Shown: one piece after another, positions 47,001-60,149 of the stretch
How positions within the stretch are numbered: the first letter of the stretch is position 1
How the letters are laid out: each line of letters begins with the position of its first letter
DNA from: Chiloscyllium plagiosum
Taxonomy: Eukaryota
Length of the DNA stretch: 64,000 nucleotides
NCBI RefSeq assembly: GCF_004010195.1
Contig: NC_057750.1
Span: forward strand, 20,124,783-20,188,782
Reading direction: 5' to 3'
Notes under the pieces: model-generated
What the model saw: only the letters and a program-made list of their open reading frames with translations
Databases searched by the model: none
Told to the model about the DNA's origin: nothing
Translations under genes and position numbers: made by a program

Positions 47001-48653
47001 ATTCCAGGGAGGCCTCACCAAGGCCCTGTGTAACAGCAACAGCACATCCCTGCTCTTGCACATGAAACCTCACGCAATGAAGACCAACATCCCATTTGTC
47101 TTCTTGACCACCTGCTGCACCTGCATGCTTATCTTCAGCGACTGGTGCACAGGGACACTCAGATCCTGCTGCACACTCCCCTCTCCCAATTTACAGCCAC
47201 TCACATAGTCATCTGCTTCTTGTTTTTGCTTCCAAAGTGATTAATCTTGCATTTATCCAAATTATACTGCATCTGCCATTGATTTGCCTGCTTACCTGTG
47301 TTCAGATCATGCTGAAGGACCTCTGCAGGTTCACTCTCCCACTCAACTTGGTATTATCTGCAAACTTTTTGTTCCCTCATTCAAATCATTGATAAATATT
47401 GTGAATAGCTGGGATCCCACCACCACTCCCTGTAGAACCCGAGAGTTACTGCCTGCCAATCTGAAAAGGACTCATTAATTCCCACTCTTTGTTTCCTTTA
47501 TTAACCAGGTTTCTATCCAACTCAATACACCCCCCTTTTAATCTTGTGCAATAGTGTCTTAGGCGGGACTTTAGGAAAACATTTGACAAGGTCTAAATAT
47601 ACCACATCGACTGATTCTCCCTTGTCTCCATAATCCTAATTATATTGTATCTGTTTACATCTGTCTGAGTGATTAGTTCATCCACACTGTTCAAATGCTT
47701 CATGCATTTAGATACCAAACTTTAAAATTTGTTCCACTGGTAAATTTCCCTACTTTTTATAATTCCTCGGTACACCGACTCTGCCCTCACCTTTATTGTC
47801 TGGTCACAATCCACTACATCGCTAACCTATACTATTGCCGCCTCCTTTAGTTTGGGCTTTTTAATTTCCCCTCCTAGCTGTTCATATTCCCTTAGATAAA
47901 ACTATGGCAGAGGTTGTGCTATGTCATTGGTACCTGTGTGGATTACTACCACTGGATCTTTACCCTCTTCCACCCTGGTCACTCTTCCCTAAGAGATCGC
48001 ACACATTGCAGTACTCAGTCTAGACCAGCCTGTTTTCTAGTTTGTCCCTCAAGAGACTCTTCTAAAAAAAAAGTCACATATAATTTCCAGGGAATTCTCC
48101 TCCACAATATCACTGTTGGTATGTCTGATTCATTCAATCAACTTCTTTAATCACCTTAAAGACTTGACCAGCTCTCCCCTATACAATCTGACTTATAGGC
48201 TTGTCTCTTGGTGGGTAATACTTCATAATTGTTCTTTTACTTGTCATTTGGAGGTGGTTTAAGAAAGGTAGTCCAGGTGTACAGTGGATTTCACAACAAG
48301 TTTTTTAAATTTAAAATCATAGGCTCTTGTGGTACAGTAATAACGTCCCTACCTCCAAACCAAAAAACATGGATTCAAATTTCATCTGCTCTGGAGGATC
48401 TTCATAATGTCTGAGCAGGTTGATTAGATAATACCTTCAATTCTATTTATCCCGGTCTCAGACTTGAACCCTTTGGCTCTTATGGAGGACATCAGTAGCT
48501 GTCACATGGGAACAGGATTGCAGAAACTCACCTCGTGGGAAGATGCCAGGGTCCATGAATGTGGCCATGCTGAAGTTTGCTAGCACGAAGAGAAAGATGA
48601 TTACATTGTAGATGGGAATGGCCGGTGAGTAGACCTGGCTGAGCCATGGGCAC
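22870..48653 (-). CDS. ZDHHC5: Palmitoyltransferase ZDHHC5 (10 coding exons visible; first coding exon not found in window)
   Basis: Exons splice in frame and encode the DHHC-CRD ([21 protein letters not shown]), TTNE motif, ZDHHC5-like tail ([38 protein letters not shown]) and C-terminal [11 protein letters not shown]. Confidence 0.95.
23557..24115 (-). mobile_element. Penelope-like element fragment (GIY-YIG plus terminal repeat) with 13-bp flanking duplication
   Basis: Homologous to 29760-30310; gaatgtgatcaga on both sides. Confidence 0.8.
25300..25630 (+). mobile_element. tRNA-derived SINE (second family; related copies near 8480-8800, 16460-16750, 51950-52140)
   Basis: tggccaagtggt...gggttcaattcc head and shared gaatttgtattcaataaaaatctggaatt body. 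Confidence 0.6.
25682..26592 (-). CDS. ZDHHC5: ZDHHC5 large C-tail exon
   Basis: 911 bp; [10 protein letters not shown]...HPLLAPK; CTAG acceptor, GTAAGT donor. Confidence 0.94.
27100..27325 (-). mobile_element. HE1/V-SINE-like element (diverged)
   Basis: cacccggaggaaacccacagacatggggagaatgtgcaaactc core plus tRNA-like head. Confidence 0.75.
27880..31400 (-). mobile_element. Decayed CR1-type LINE with two nested Penelope-like insertions
   Basis: [32 protein letters not shown] and WVKLRNKKG motifs; interrupted at about 27950-28160 and about 29760-30793. Confidence 0.85.
29760..30793 (-). mobile_element. Penelope-like element (GIY-YIG endonuclease) with inverted terminal repeat
   Basis: [31 protein letters not shown] and [10 protein letters not shown]; terminal repeat present in both orientations; hammerhead motif at 30703-30730. 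Confidence 0.85.
32506..32624 (-). CDS. ZDHHC5: ZDHHC5 exon ([23 protein letters not shown]...SEK)
   Basis: 119 bp; [11 protein letters not shown] motif; GTATGT donor. Confidence 0.92.
33112..33235 (-). CDS. ZDHHC5: ZDHHC5 exon ([41 protein letters not shown])
   Basis: 124 bp; TAG acceptor, GTGAGT donor. Confidence 0.92.
33548..33680 (-). CDS. ZDHHC5: ZDHHC5 exon (YISRERREF...[15 protein letters not shown])
   Basis: 133 bp; CAG acceptor, GTAAGA donor. Confidence 0.92.
34421..34512 (-). CDS. ZDHHC5: ZDHHC5 exon ([31 protein letters not shown])
   Basis: 92 bp; PaCCT-type NPF..G..N motif; TAG acceptor, GTACG donor. Confidence 0.95.
35355..35680 (-). mobile_element. HE1/V-SINE-like element inserted into a CR1 fragment
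   Basis: Full head-core-tail structure interrupting RT-like sequence. Confidence 0.8.
36620..38120 (+). mobile_element. Internally deleted CR1-type LINE (endonuclease fragment, RT C-terminus and tail)
   Basis: [31 protein letters not shown] motifs, then [17 protein letters not shown] and RRLRGDL-like segments. Confidence 0.85.
38334..38436 (-). CDS. ZDHHC5: ZDHHC5 exon (TM4, TTNE motif)
   Basis: 103 bp; [34 protein letters not shown]. Confidence 0.95.
38840..40560. mobile_element. Cluster of CR1 fragments in both orientations
   Basis: [27 protein letters not shown] (+) and RT fragments (-). Confidence 0.7.
41490..41800 (+). mobile_element. Full-length HE1/V-SINE-like element
   Basis: A-box TGGCATAGTGG, B-box GGTTCAATTCC, conserved core, gggcctgtttccac...aatctaatct tail. 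Confidence 0.85.
42324..42496 (-). CDS. ZDHHC5: ZDHHC5 exon with DHHC catalytic motif
   Basis: 173 bp; [28 protein letters not shown]...HTAVT; donor GTATCCTT. Confidence 0.96.
43257..43414 (-). CDS. ZDHHC5: ZDHHC5 exon ([17 protein letters not shown]...CSVCDNCVE)
   Basis: 158 bp; first half of the cysteine-rich domain. Confidence 0.95.
43445..43715. repeat. Complex (GA/GC) microsatellite, GCGAGA/GTGCGCGAGA units
   Basis: Directly visible tandem array beginning about 30 bp upstream of a ZDHHC5 acceptor. Confidence 0.95.
44640..47620 (-). mobile_element. Stacked decayed CR1 fragments with a palindromic Penelope-like derivative (about 45541-45755)
   Basis: [18 protein letters not shown] and [10 protein letters not shown] motifs; hairpin aaagttaaaaatcac...gtgatttttaacttt. 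Confidence 0.7.
48532..48653 (-). CDS. ZDHHC5: ZDHHC5 exon ([40 protein letters not shown])
   Basis: 122 bp; CAG acceptor, GTGAG donor; DPG motif. Confidence 0.95.
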
Positions 48654-51099
48654 CTGTGGGAAAATATTTAAACAAACACATCAGGATTACAGGACTGTAA
48701 TTCAGGTCACCGGCCAGCCACATGCATGATCACTTATTGATTGTTCTTTCCAAAGAAGGATCTTCCATTACTTCAGCAATACACAGTCTAAAAGATCTGG
48801 GCCTAGACCAAGGTGGGCAGGCCAAAGGTAGGGATTGAGGGAACACGGTGCTGCCAGAAGATGGGTCAACATTGAGGGAGTGCCATACTGATGGAACTGA
48901 AAGACTGTCACGTTGTTGGAGAGTCAGTTCGTGAAGTAACCCTGCACTGTTATCCAGGAAGTACTGCAATGTTAGTGGGTCACTGCTGAGGGGGCATTGT
49001 CTGTTAAAGGATCTGATTGTACATTCAGACGGTGAGTATTTAGGAACTATTACAACTCAGTGGAGGAGAGTGCTGGAAATCAAGCTGTACCATTCCTGGT
49101 GAAATCACAAAAATCAAGGATTTTATAAAGATTGCAAAATTTCAAATTTATTTCTTTTAGATACAGGTTGTTAGAAAGCACATTAGAGACTTCTATACTT
49201 AAATAATTACTACTTATTCCAAATAGAGAGACCCTTGCTACAGGTAAATAATTACGAACTGTCAGCATATAACTCTGAGGTAGACCTGCAACCTTCCTAA
49301 GCCCTGTTCCCACCACCAAACTATATATATCCACGCACAAACAAAAAAGAAAACAAATGTTATGGAAAGATTTGAATGGCTGTTCATTGGGCTGGTTCAA
49401 AGGGTTAATGAAATTACCCTTTTAGCTTCTCAGGATATACCTCCTGGATCCTCTTTATCCCGGTAATTTCACATTCTTACAAGGACTCAGGGCAATGGCT
49501 TAACCAATAAGTCAGAGACTTCAGTACAAGAACCATAGCAATAATTAGGAGACAAAATCTGGCCTTCTTCATGCTTGAGACGGTTTGTATTACAGAGAAG
49601 AGGGCACTCCACCTCAGGGATCTGATGGCCTCACACTCAAGACATTCAGATACCTTGAAATCAATTACATTTTTGGCAACACATAGGAGACCTTTGTCAT
49701 CATTTCACAGACTAACCAGCAACTTGTTGCTGATCAAATATCCATTTATCCACTATTCCCAGGCTCCACCTCATCTGTAACTAGGCTTTCCCCACTGCTG
49801 AATCAGCAACTGTGAAAACAGCACTTAGAATGAGCATCTTGTAAGTTACTTTTTAAAAGTGCAGTAGTCCTTCAACAATCCTTGGCTTTTAAAACAGTTA
49901 CTTTCCTATTTCAGTCCACAATCAAAGCTGCAGAAACGTTTAAAAAATTTACTGTCTTTACAGAGAGTTGGTGCAGGCACAATAGGCCAAATGGCCTCTG
50001 AAAATGCCTATGAATTGTCGATTCTGGGCATCACAGCTTGAGAAGGGCACAAAGCAGTTTGTGAATGCACAAGAGATGTAATAGATTGTTTGATGAACTA
50101 AGTTATTAGAGTTATGTGGATAGGCTAGAGAAGCTGAGGTTGTTCTCTTGGAGCAGAGAAAGGAAAAAGGAAATTTGATAAAACCTTTCAACTCTTTAAA
50201 CGGTTCTAACAGAAATCATTTATTTTTGTTAATCTATGTGTCGTCCCATTCCCCCTTCAGTCAAAGCAAAATGCTCAGAGACAGAGCAGTTTGACCTTCC
50301 AAGCGAGAGACAGACAGAGCGACCCTATATGCGCATGGACATGGGCTCCAATCTTCTCTTTAACAACAGTTTCTCAATGAGCTATATAGTCATTTTACAG
50401 GGAGGAGCATCCAGATAAGCAACATCCATATTAATTGGGTGACCATTACAATCAACGAGAATCAATAGCAGAGACTAAGCCCTTTACTGTTACGCAAGGG
50501 ATGTTCTTAACTTTGTTAACTGGATTCATACAATGGATACTTTTCTCCTGGTTAGCTGACCTTGCATACTGAATGCTTCCAATATTGTCAAATGGCTCAA
50601 CATAATGACTGCTTTTCCACCTTGTTAACCCATTACCCTTGCCAACAACACTCCATTGTTAATTAAGTTCTTATCTGATCAGAGTCATGCTCAACTGATC
50701 CTCATGTTTCACAAAATTCAGAACTTAACTCTTTCCCTGCCTGCTTATACCGTATACACATTCTGACATGGATCAATGTTCAATAACCAGTGAACATGTT
50801 TAACATGTCTGGACAAAAAACCAGAGCCAACTTCAGCAGTAACCTTTTTCCTCCAAAAATTAAAAATGCAACTTGTTTATGATTTGAACAAGTGGTTCCC
50901 AAAAGGGTGAAGGATAAAGAACTTGGTCGTCGACCAAAAACAAACCACTGGATTAAAGATAGATTGAGGGACAATCACAGGATTATGGGGAAACAACTGG
51001 GTAGGGATGATGCTACAGAAGTGGGATTAATCAGAGCATTGTTCAAAAGAGCACAAACTAGAGTAATCACCTAATGTGCTATACTATTCTATGATTTTA

Positions 51100-51930
51100 T
51101 AAAGAAATTCCAGGGCTTTGACCCAGCGAAGGATTGGGGATATAGTTTCCAGTTAGGATGGTGAACAACTTGGAAGGTGGTGGCATTTCCATTTCTGTTG
51201 CCCTTTTCTTTCCAGGTGGTAGAATATTTAGGGTTTGAAAGGTGCTGTCAATGTAACCCTGGTGCTTTACTGCAGTGCACTTTGTAGATGGTACCCATTA
51301 CTCCACTGAATGCTGGTGTTGAAAAGACTGAATATTGAACATGGTCAATAGGTGTCATGTACAGGTTGCTTTGTCCTGGGTAGTGTCAAGCCTCTCAAGT
51401 GCTCATCTAAGGAAGTAGGGAACATTTCGCCACACTTCTGACTTGTGGTCTATAGATGGTAGACAGGCTTTGGAGTCAGGTGGTGACTTACTCACCACAG
51501 GATTCCCAACTCTGACCTACTCATGTTTATATATAGAGTCCAATTCAGTTTGTTCTCAATGGTAAATTCGAGGATTGTTGATAATAGGTGATTCAGTGAT
51601 AGTAATGCTCTTAAATGTGAAGGGAGATGGTTAGATTATCTGAAGTTCATTGCCTGGCACATAAGGCGTGGAAACCGCTTGCACCTTAGCAGCCCAAACC
51701 TGAACATTGTCAAGCCTTGATGCTTATGGACACATCATCTGAGTTATGGCAAATTACACTGAAAATTGTACAATCATCATTGAAAGTCCCCACTTCAGAC
51801 CTCATGATGGAGAAATGGTTATTGATGAAGCAGCTGAAGACTGCAGAGCCAAGGTCACCACCTTGATGAACTTGTGCAATTGGGTTCTTGGTTGAGACGA
51901 TTGACCTTCAACAACCACAATCATCTTGCT
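51100..51930 (-). mobile_element. Decayed CR1/L2-type LINE fragment (related pieces at 9930-10210, 20040-20790, 27630-27870, 63150-64000)
   Basis: Shared ttgatgaagcagctgaag and related RT-region sequence among these loci. Confidence 0.6.
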
Positions 51931-53529
51931 TTGTGTTAGGGTGGAGATGGTGACATATTATTGATGTCACTGACCAGAAGTTCAGAGGCTCAAACTAATG
52001 CTCGAGGGTCACACGTTCAAATCCCTCAACAGATGGAAAAATTTAAATTCAATTAATAAAATCTGAAATTACTCTCTAATGGTGATGCACAGTAACCATC
52101 ACTGTTGTCATAACAATTTATCTTGTTCACTAATGTCCTTCAGGAGTGCTGCTACAAATTGGTAGTCTCACTGGATGAGTAATCCAGAAACCTAAACTAT
52201 TGTTCTATAGGAACCAAAAAAAACAAATTGCTGGAGAAAGTCAGCATGTCTGACAAGACCTGAGAGAAAATAAAGTGTTAACTTTTCAGTCCAGTGACCC
52301 TTCTTCAGAACATGGTCGCTGAACTCGAAACGTTAACTGTTTTCTCTTCATAAATGCTGTTCGACCTGCTGCGTTTTTCTAGCAATTTGTTTTTGCGTTT
52401 CAGTTCTCTGGGATGAGCAGGTTCTGTGTTTTTTTTAAATTGTTTTATGAGCACGGCTTTATCATAAGATTGGGCAAGTTCAGAAACTAATTCAACAATT
52501 CCAAGCACTCCTACATGGAACTCCCATTAGTGTTAGGTCTGTAAATGCCCTCGTTCATTCTCTGCACGATCAATACAAAAAAAAGTTACTAACTAATTCA
52601 ATCAAAAATTCACTAGGAACTTCTTCACTGACAGTGGAGAGACTGCTGCAGTCGCTCCCACAGGGATTGGTTGAGGCGAATAGTCGTAGAATCTGTTACG
52701 ACACAGCAGTGACCCCTTCTGTTAATTAAACAATACCCAGAAAAGTTCACCGCACCTCATAATTGTTACTCATATTTTAAACAGAGAACTCCCAAATTCC
52801 ACTATTTAAAGAAAATAATATCAATTATTCTTTAACTCTAAAAGTGATAATTAACTGACAACAATTCACAACTCAAACCCCCCCTTTCTCTTATTATCAG
52901 CCTCCAACTCTATAATAATATGCTGCTCCAGTAAAACACTTCTTAAAATTACATAACTTAATTTGGAAACCATACAGCAGCTGTCATCTTTGGTGTTTTT
53001 CTTCTTTTGGCTAAAGATCTCTCTGGTTCATTATCTTTCTTTTATTGTAAATATGTTTCATATGAAAAGATACCTTTGATAGAGAATATTTCAATGGTAG
53101 TTACTCTGTTTGACTTTCAAATTGCCTGTCTTTTTTATACCACCAACATCAGATCATCTCATTGGTTCGATGTTGGCAAAATAATAAATTCGAACTCGAT
53201 TGGGTTTTAGTATCCTGGGGCATAATTTAAATGAATTGGTTAAATTCAAATCATCAACTCAGGTATCCAATTCACAGCAAATGTTACATATTTTCTATTT
53301 TCCAGTACACAGAGACAGCTAGCTAGTCATATGACAGGTGCTTGTAAGCTCTCAGTGCAAAACGGCATTCGCTCTCCCTTAAAGTTACAGTGCATGCCTT
53401 CAACTTCATAAATTCTACGTACAGACGACAGGCTCTTTGACCCATTGGGTCTGCAACAACAAATCACACTCATCCCACAGCCTTGAAAGTTGTTACATTT
53501 CAAGTGCTTATCAAAGTATTTTCACTGCT

Positions 53530-54100
53530 CAAAGCTCTACGTATAGGAGTTGGGACATTATGTTGAGGTTGTACAGGACATTGGTGAGGCCTTTTCTGGA
53601 GTACCATTTGTAGTTCTGATCCTTTTGCTAGAGGATAGATATTATTAAGTGGGAGAGGGTTCAGAAAATATTTACCAGGATGCCATCAGGAATGGAGGGC
53701 TTGAGACAAAAATAGACTGGAAAGACTAGGACTTCTTACACTGCAGCGCAGGAGATTGAGGGGTGACCTTACTGAGGTTTATAAAATCATGAGAGCTAAG
53801 GTGAATGACAAAGGTTATTTCATCCGGAAGGAGAGTTCAAAATTAGGGGACATATTTTTAAGGTTAGAAGATAAAAATTTAAAAAAAGGACATAACAGCA
53901 GAATGGTTCATGTGTGGAATGAACTGCCACAAAAAGTAGCAGATGCAGATACAGTTACAATTTGGATAAGTTCATGAAGAGGAAATGTTTGGAAGGATAT
54001 GGACCAAGTACAGGCAGGTGGGACTAGCTTCGTTTGCAAACATGGTCAGCATGGACAGGTTGGACTGAAGGACCTGTTCCCACGTTGTATGGCTCTATTT
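53530..54100 (+). mobile_element. CR1 3' fragment
   Basis: LRLYRTLVRP..EY, RLRGDLTEVYKIM and tail. Confidence 0.8.
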
Positions 54101-57029
54101 TTAAAAAGGTTTGAGGCTTTCTGCCTCAAGTACCTTCCCATACAGTGAATGCTAGGCTCTTAAAACCTTCTGGGTGAAAGGTGTTTTCCAGTGACTTTCT
54201 TTTCCCGTCATTGCCATTAAAAGCTCTTACCTTCCACCTTCAAATTTTGCCCACTTGTTATTGACCTTTCAACTCAGGAGAACAGCAGTTTTCAATGCAT
54301 TCTGCACATACCCCTCAATCTTATACAGTGCTCTCAGCCTTCTCTGCTCTAAAGAAATTAACCTTTGCCTATCCAGCCTCTCTTTTTAGTTAAAATGCTC
54401 CATTCCATGCAACATCCTGGTGAATTTCTCTGCACCCATTCCAGCACAATCCCATCTTTTCGTATAGTGCACCCAAATTGTGCACAGTACTCACCAATGG
54501 AGGCCAAATCAAAGCTTTATTGTAGATCTCCAGCTATACTGGAAATACTTAAAAAAGGGGTACATAGAATGGGAGTATTAAAATTATACTGAGCCACACC
54601 CTAGCAATCCATCACCTAAAGCATGGACTCCACCTTGGTTTATACATTCAATCTGGTTTTGCTGCTTTGTTCCATTTGTGGCTTGTAGGCTTAAAAGATT
54701 CAGAAACGTCTGTCTGAGTGGTATTGCCTCATTTGTGGACAAATCTCAAATCAGAGCACAGGGATTTATTGGCAGAAGTAATGAGAGATGGATCAATGCA
54801 GTACTCCCTCAGTACTTTCAACTGGGAGTTTAAACCTGGGTGACAAGATTCAAATCCCTGAAGCAAACAGAACCAAACACATTAGTGTTCAGACTTGGAA
54901 TTAGGAGTACTCTCTCAACTAACCAGAATGGACAGTTTGAAGGGAAGACCAACACTATAAGGGCAGGAAGAAAAATGCTCCATCATAGATTTATGACTCA
55001 TCAGTGATACATACACCAAGCTATTTCCCAACACACATTGGTAGATGAATCCCATTACAAACTATGTTGCAATGCTGGCCTCACACCAGTTTCAACTTTG
55101 AGTCAACAAGCACAGAAAGAACATACCTACGGAAATGCTTCAGAACTCGCATTTATACTGCAACTTCCACCATCAGAACATTCCCCAAATAATTTTTAAA
55201 AAAACGTTTAAAATTATAACTATTCCCAAGTTGCTTTATAAAAACACAATCATTTGTTATAATGCATGAAAAGTAGTACACACAACAGACAATGGGTGCA
55301 GGAGTAGGCCGTTCTGCCCTTTGAGCCAGCACCACCTTCATTATGATCAAGGAATGCAATATGATTGGACAATTCTTTTTAAAATCAATGTTTGGTTGAA
55401 AGTACTGGCCAGGACACAAAGAATAAAACTTGTTTAATCTAATGCTGTTGGATAATTTATGTTAATGTGTTATGGAAGACATATCTTGACATGCACAGTT
55501 GAAACATCTACAATGAGTTTGCAGGTTTTCCAGAGAATCAGATGTTACATCAGTGGCAGGCATATCAAAGTAAATTTATGTGGAGACTGACATTATGGAA
55601 GCCATTTGGGTGATGACATATAGTTTTTTGGAAGTGCGGAAGACCAGAAAATTTACAGATATCTGATCCCATCCTGCTAGAATTGAGTAGTTAGCAGCAA
55701 GATACACTGGTTGATTGTTCCCCTTATCTTCCTAAGCCAACAAGAGCAGCTAACTCAGCACAGAGGAAACCAAGTGCTGGAGAAACTCTAAGTCTGGCAT
55801 CAGCTGTGGAGAGAGAAATACTTAAAATAGCAGAACAAAGTCACACTGGACTCAAAACGTTCACTATTTCTCTCTACAGATGCTGTCATAACTGATGTGT
55901 TTCCCCAGTATCTTCTATTTTCATTTCAAATTTCCAGCAACTGCAGTGATTACTTTTACTAGAGGGCAATGGGTTCCAGTGTCCTGAGTTGAAGTTTAAA
56001 TTCTTTACTAGGCAAATTGAGCATATACTGAGTCAACAGTATACGATGCACATTTAGTTCTGAATACAACTTTTAGAACTGTTCTAAAGAAGGGTCACTG
56101 AACCAGAAAAGTTAACTTTGCTTTCTCTCCACAGATGCTGCCAGCCCAGCTCAGTTTTTCAAGCAATTTATGTTTTTGTTCGATTTCCAGCATCCACAGT
56201 TCTTTTGATTTTTTGCTGTCATAACAGCATTGAATGGCTTAACAAGCGCAAACAGACTGGCATCCTCCTGCTGTTCGAAAAATGAGTTCTCTCTCCTAAC
56301 GGAGTGTACTAGACAACTTTTCCTCTCCAGATTACTGTAACGTCTGTCAAGCAATAAATCCATTCTTTTTTATGGTATTAATAATGCAATAAGGTACAAG
56401 AGCAATTATATGAACTATCTGCAGCCTGGAAGTTTGGGAAGGGGGCAGGGAGATGAGCAGAACAGGGAGCAAGAAAAAACAGCTCTTCCCTACCCACAGC
56501 CCACATCTAATAGCACAGTATCGCTGTTCTCATCTGTTAAAACTTGTTCCAATGTCACTCACAGGACACAAACACCATTCTGCAAAAGGCACAAAAAGCA
56601 GCAAGGAGCATGGGCTGGATTTTCCAAAGACCCATGCCAGGATGGGAATCTTCAACTGAATCTGCCTTCACTGGGCATTACATTCAGATCCTAACCACTT
56701 GCTGCAGAGTATAGAATTTTCTCATGTTGTTTTTTGTGCTTTTGCCAATCACCTCTGGTTCTTAACCCTCTGCCAACAGGAACAGTTTACCCATCTACTA
56801 CTTCCAGAAGTCCCATTGTTTGGAGCACGTAGATTAAAATCTTTCCTTACCTTTGTTTTAAGGAGAACAGTCCAGATATCCCATTCTCTCCAGACTTACT
56901 AAGGCTCTCAATCCCTGCTATTATTCTGATAAATGTTCTCTGCACCCAAGGCCTTTACATTCTTTCTAAATGAAGACCCTAATTTCTGCAATGCCATGCA
57001 CAACCCAAAACTGATTTACAGACAATCAA

Positions 57030-57340
57030 ACTTCTTTCCGAAGTGCAGTCACTGTTGAAGTGTCAGATACAAGGCAGTCAATCTATATACAGCAAGCACC
57101 CATAACACAACTTAATAATGACTTGCTAATTTATTTTAAGTGACATTGGCTTTGGGATAAATATTCGCCAGGACACCAGAAATAACTCCTTTTTTCTCTC
57201 AATAACAGTCACAAGATCTTTTAAGTCCACCTCACAGTGCAGCATTCCCTCTCCATTGCCTTGAAGCATTAGTTGGATGTTGCACTTAAGTCACTAGACT
57301 GGAATTTGGATCCATGAGGCAGGAATTTTATCACTGCTAA
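57030..57340 (-). mobile_element. Deu-domain SINE relic (SacSINE1/AmnSINE1-like)
   Basis: Reverse complement contains ggtgtcctggcgaatatttatccc...gtgactgcacttc, resembling the Deu domain; related fragments near 24200-24370 and 55200-55440. Confidence 0.55.
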
Positions 57341-60149
57341 CAGTTAAAGCCACATGCCTCTTACTGAGCACAGTTAATCTATGCTGACTGTGCAAAGGGA
57401 CTCAGGGAGCAGTTGACATCTTGCCAAAAGATTACAGTCTGAACCTCCTAGAGATCTTCATTGATCTCATATTGAGAGGACAGCAGGCGAGTGACTTCTC
57501 CTTGGGTGTCTTAGCTCAACATCCCTCTGACAACCAAAACCACTGAAGGAATAAATTACCTCAAGCTGCTTCTGAGAACTGTATCACTGGAACACATTTA
57601 AAGTTAACTATCCAGCATGAAACACTTCACAATCAGGGACAAAGTCCAGGTTGATCTTTGTTAATTCAACAGAATACGTTTTCATTTAAGGTGAATGCTA
57701 TTTGCAGTTGAACTATGCCAGGGGATTCAAAACCTGCAAGTTGTATTAGTGGATTGTATGATTCAGTTAAGCTTGTTTACGGAATTACAATTGACCTCTG
57801 CTGATTACTAAAAACAAACCCGCTACGTATGGATAGGATTAGGCTTGGCTACAATTCTCTCAGCATTCAAACAAAAAAATAAAACACTTGTTTCTATGTT
57901 CTTTCACTGAGAGAAAGAATGCAATCTTTGTCCAAGCGGAACCTACACATGATTCTGGTCAAAAACAACCTCTACTTTTAACTTCCTTCTGAAGTGGCCA
58001 CTCAGCCTGAAAAAGGTAATGACTAATAAAGGCAAGTAGGAAGAGGCAATAAATATTGGTGTTTATCAGTGACACCCTCATCCCATGATTGGATTCTGTT
58101 CCACTCTTGAACATCAACATAAATCCAATCATCCAAATGGTTCTGAAGGAGGGTCACTGGACTCAAAATGTTAACTGCTTTCTTTTCTGATGCGTCAGGT
58201 CTGCTGAGTTTCTTCAGCAATTTCTGTTTGTTTTGGTTTGTTAACATGCTGCAGCCTTGACATTGGTGGTGGTAAATACAGGACAAGCTGGGAATGAACC
58301 AGTGAGGGAGACAGCCAAAGATATTCAAGCTCACAAAAAAGAACACAGATTGTGGCCCTGTAACAATGACCACAAAAATACTAACAGCTCTTATTAAATC
58401 ACCAGAAATGCATTTCTAGGAGAAAATAAAAAAAAGCACAGGAATAATAATAAATCAAGAAATATAATGCAAGGCTTTAAGGCCTAATAACTTAGAACCC
58501 ATGGTATGCCTGTAACCTATTTCTAGTGCTGCAAAAGACTCTGCTCATAAATTATCATTAGCTCTCATCATTATGGCTAAACCTTGTCAACCACCTTAAC
58601 CCAACATATGCACAAGCCATGTATCATCTCCAAGAAATGGAAACCACACCCAGAGTCTTGTCAGAACAGATCGTTAAGAAAGCATTTATTACAGACAGTT
58701 TAATAAAAACATAGACCACTGCAAAAAGATCCAAAATGCAACACTAATCCGTTGCGTCAAAGGACCACAGGCTGCTTGGCTTGCAACACAAACTGGGGAC
58801 TTTTGGATTTTTAAAAGATTACGCAAAAGGAAGTTCAAAGTGTGGTATTTTTGAGGTTCCCTCCCCCAACACAGCACATCAACAGACAGCATTCTAGCTG
58901 CCATCATAGTACTTTGTGAACACTTGTGATTCAGTGAGATAGAAAGCACAGATATACGAGTTGCATTCAATGAGCAAACCCCCACTGCTGTCCTGTCCTC
59001 TCTTGGCTTTATTCCAGGAGCTTGCTGTCCTTGGGACAGTTTGCTGTCAGCAACTCAGCAGCTGCAAACTACACCTATCACTAAGGGATATTACGGTGCA
59101 ATACTACTAACAAAAAAAAAGCTTCTAACATTGCATTAACCAGAGAAATAGTCCAGATCTTACAAAAACTAAAAAGCAGTACTGTGTCATCCTCCATCAA
59201 CATCCAATTTGTTTAGTCCACTCTCCTCCCTGTCCTGGAGAACTCATATGTATATCACCACTCAACAGTCCAGGACAGCATAAAATTACTTCACTGCCAA
59301 CAAAGCACAAGCAGTAAGAGAGCAGTTACTGTCATTATATAGGAACTCAGTACTGACCCTTCAGATGTGACATTTTGTTCATACTGATCCTCTGACAGTG
59401 CAAAGCCCTTAGTGCACTGGAGCATTGGTCTGGATTACAGGTTCCAATGCCTGGGCTAGTGTTCAAATATCAAAATTCTTACCAAATGGTGAGAATGCAA
59501 ACCATTGACATCAGGTATGGGAACACTGGCACAAATTGCCTCTCTCCATCCTGCGCTAACTGCAGTGCTCCTGACTAGTGCCCCGCTCTTGAAGTCAGGC
59601 ACATAAATGCACCCTAGCATTTACTGCTAAACTCATGGAATGGCAAATGATCAGTAACCTGGATGCTGCAGCACATTAGATGGTCAGTAAAAGATCAGGT
59701 GACTGAGTAACTTGGAATCCTGCCACTGTGCTGGGCCAGCAAACCTATATCCACTAACAAGGAAAGATAATCTAGTCAGTTCACTCCACACTTGGCACGA
59801 TTGCATCAGGTGCAGTTCAATGAGGAAGATGTGATTTCAAGTGACACAATGCACATTACAAGGAACAACAGGGCACAAAATTATGAGGGGGATGCAAGAG
59901 TAGATGCATTTGGTCATGTGTAACTATAAAGATCTGATGATAACAGAGTAAACTGCTGAGGCAGTTAAAAAAAAAGACGTTGTAGAAAAGAGGTTACAGA
60001 AGATGCTGGTGAGAACCAGGACTTAGTAGCCTTCATTTACTTCCTGGCAACTGATATTGTGACTAAATCCCAGGAGCTTGGCTAGCATCTGTGTTGCTAA
60101 TCTGAGGTGCCATGTGAGAGGGAAGAGGAAAGGGGCTTACCCATTCAGA

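Noticed and set aside
22870..48653. ZDHHC8 as alternative identity
   Set aside because: Both paralogs end in YEISV, but [39 protein letters not shown] and KSNGQPKSL match ZDHHC5.
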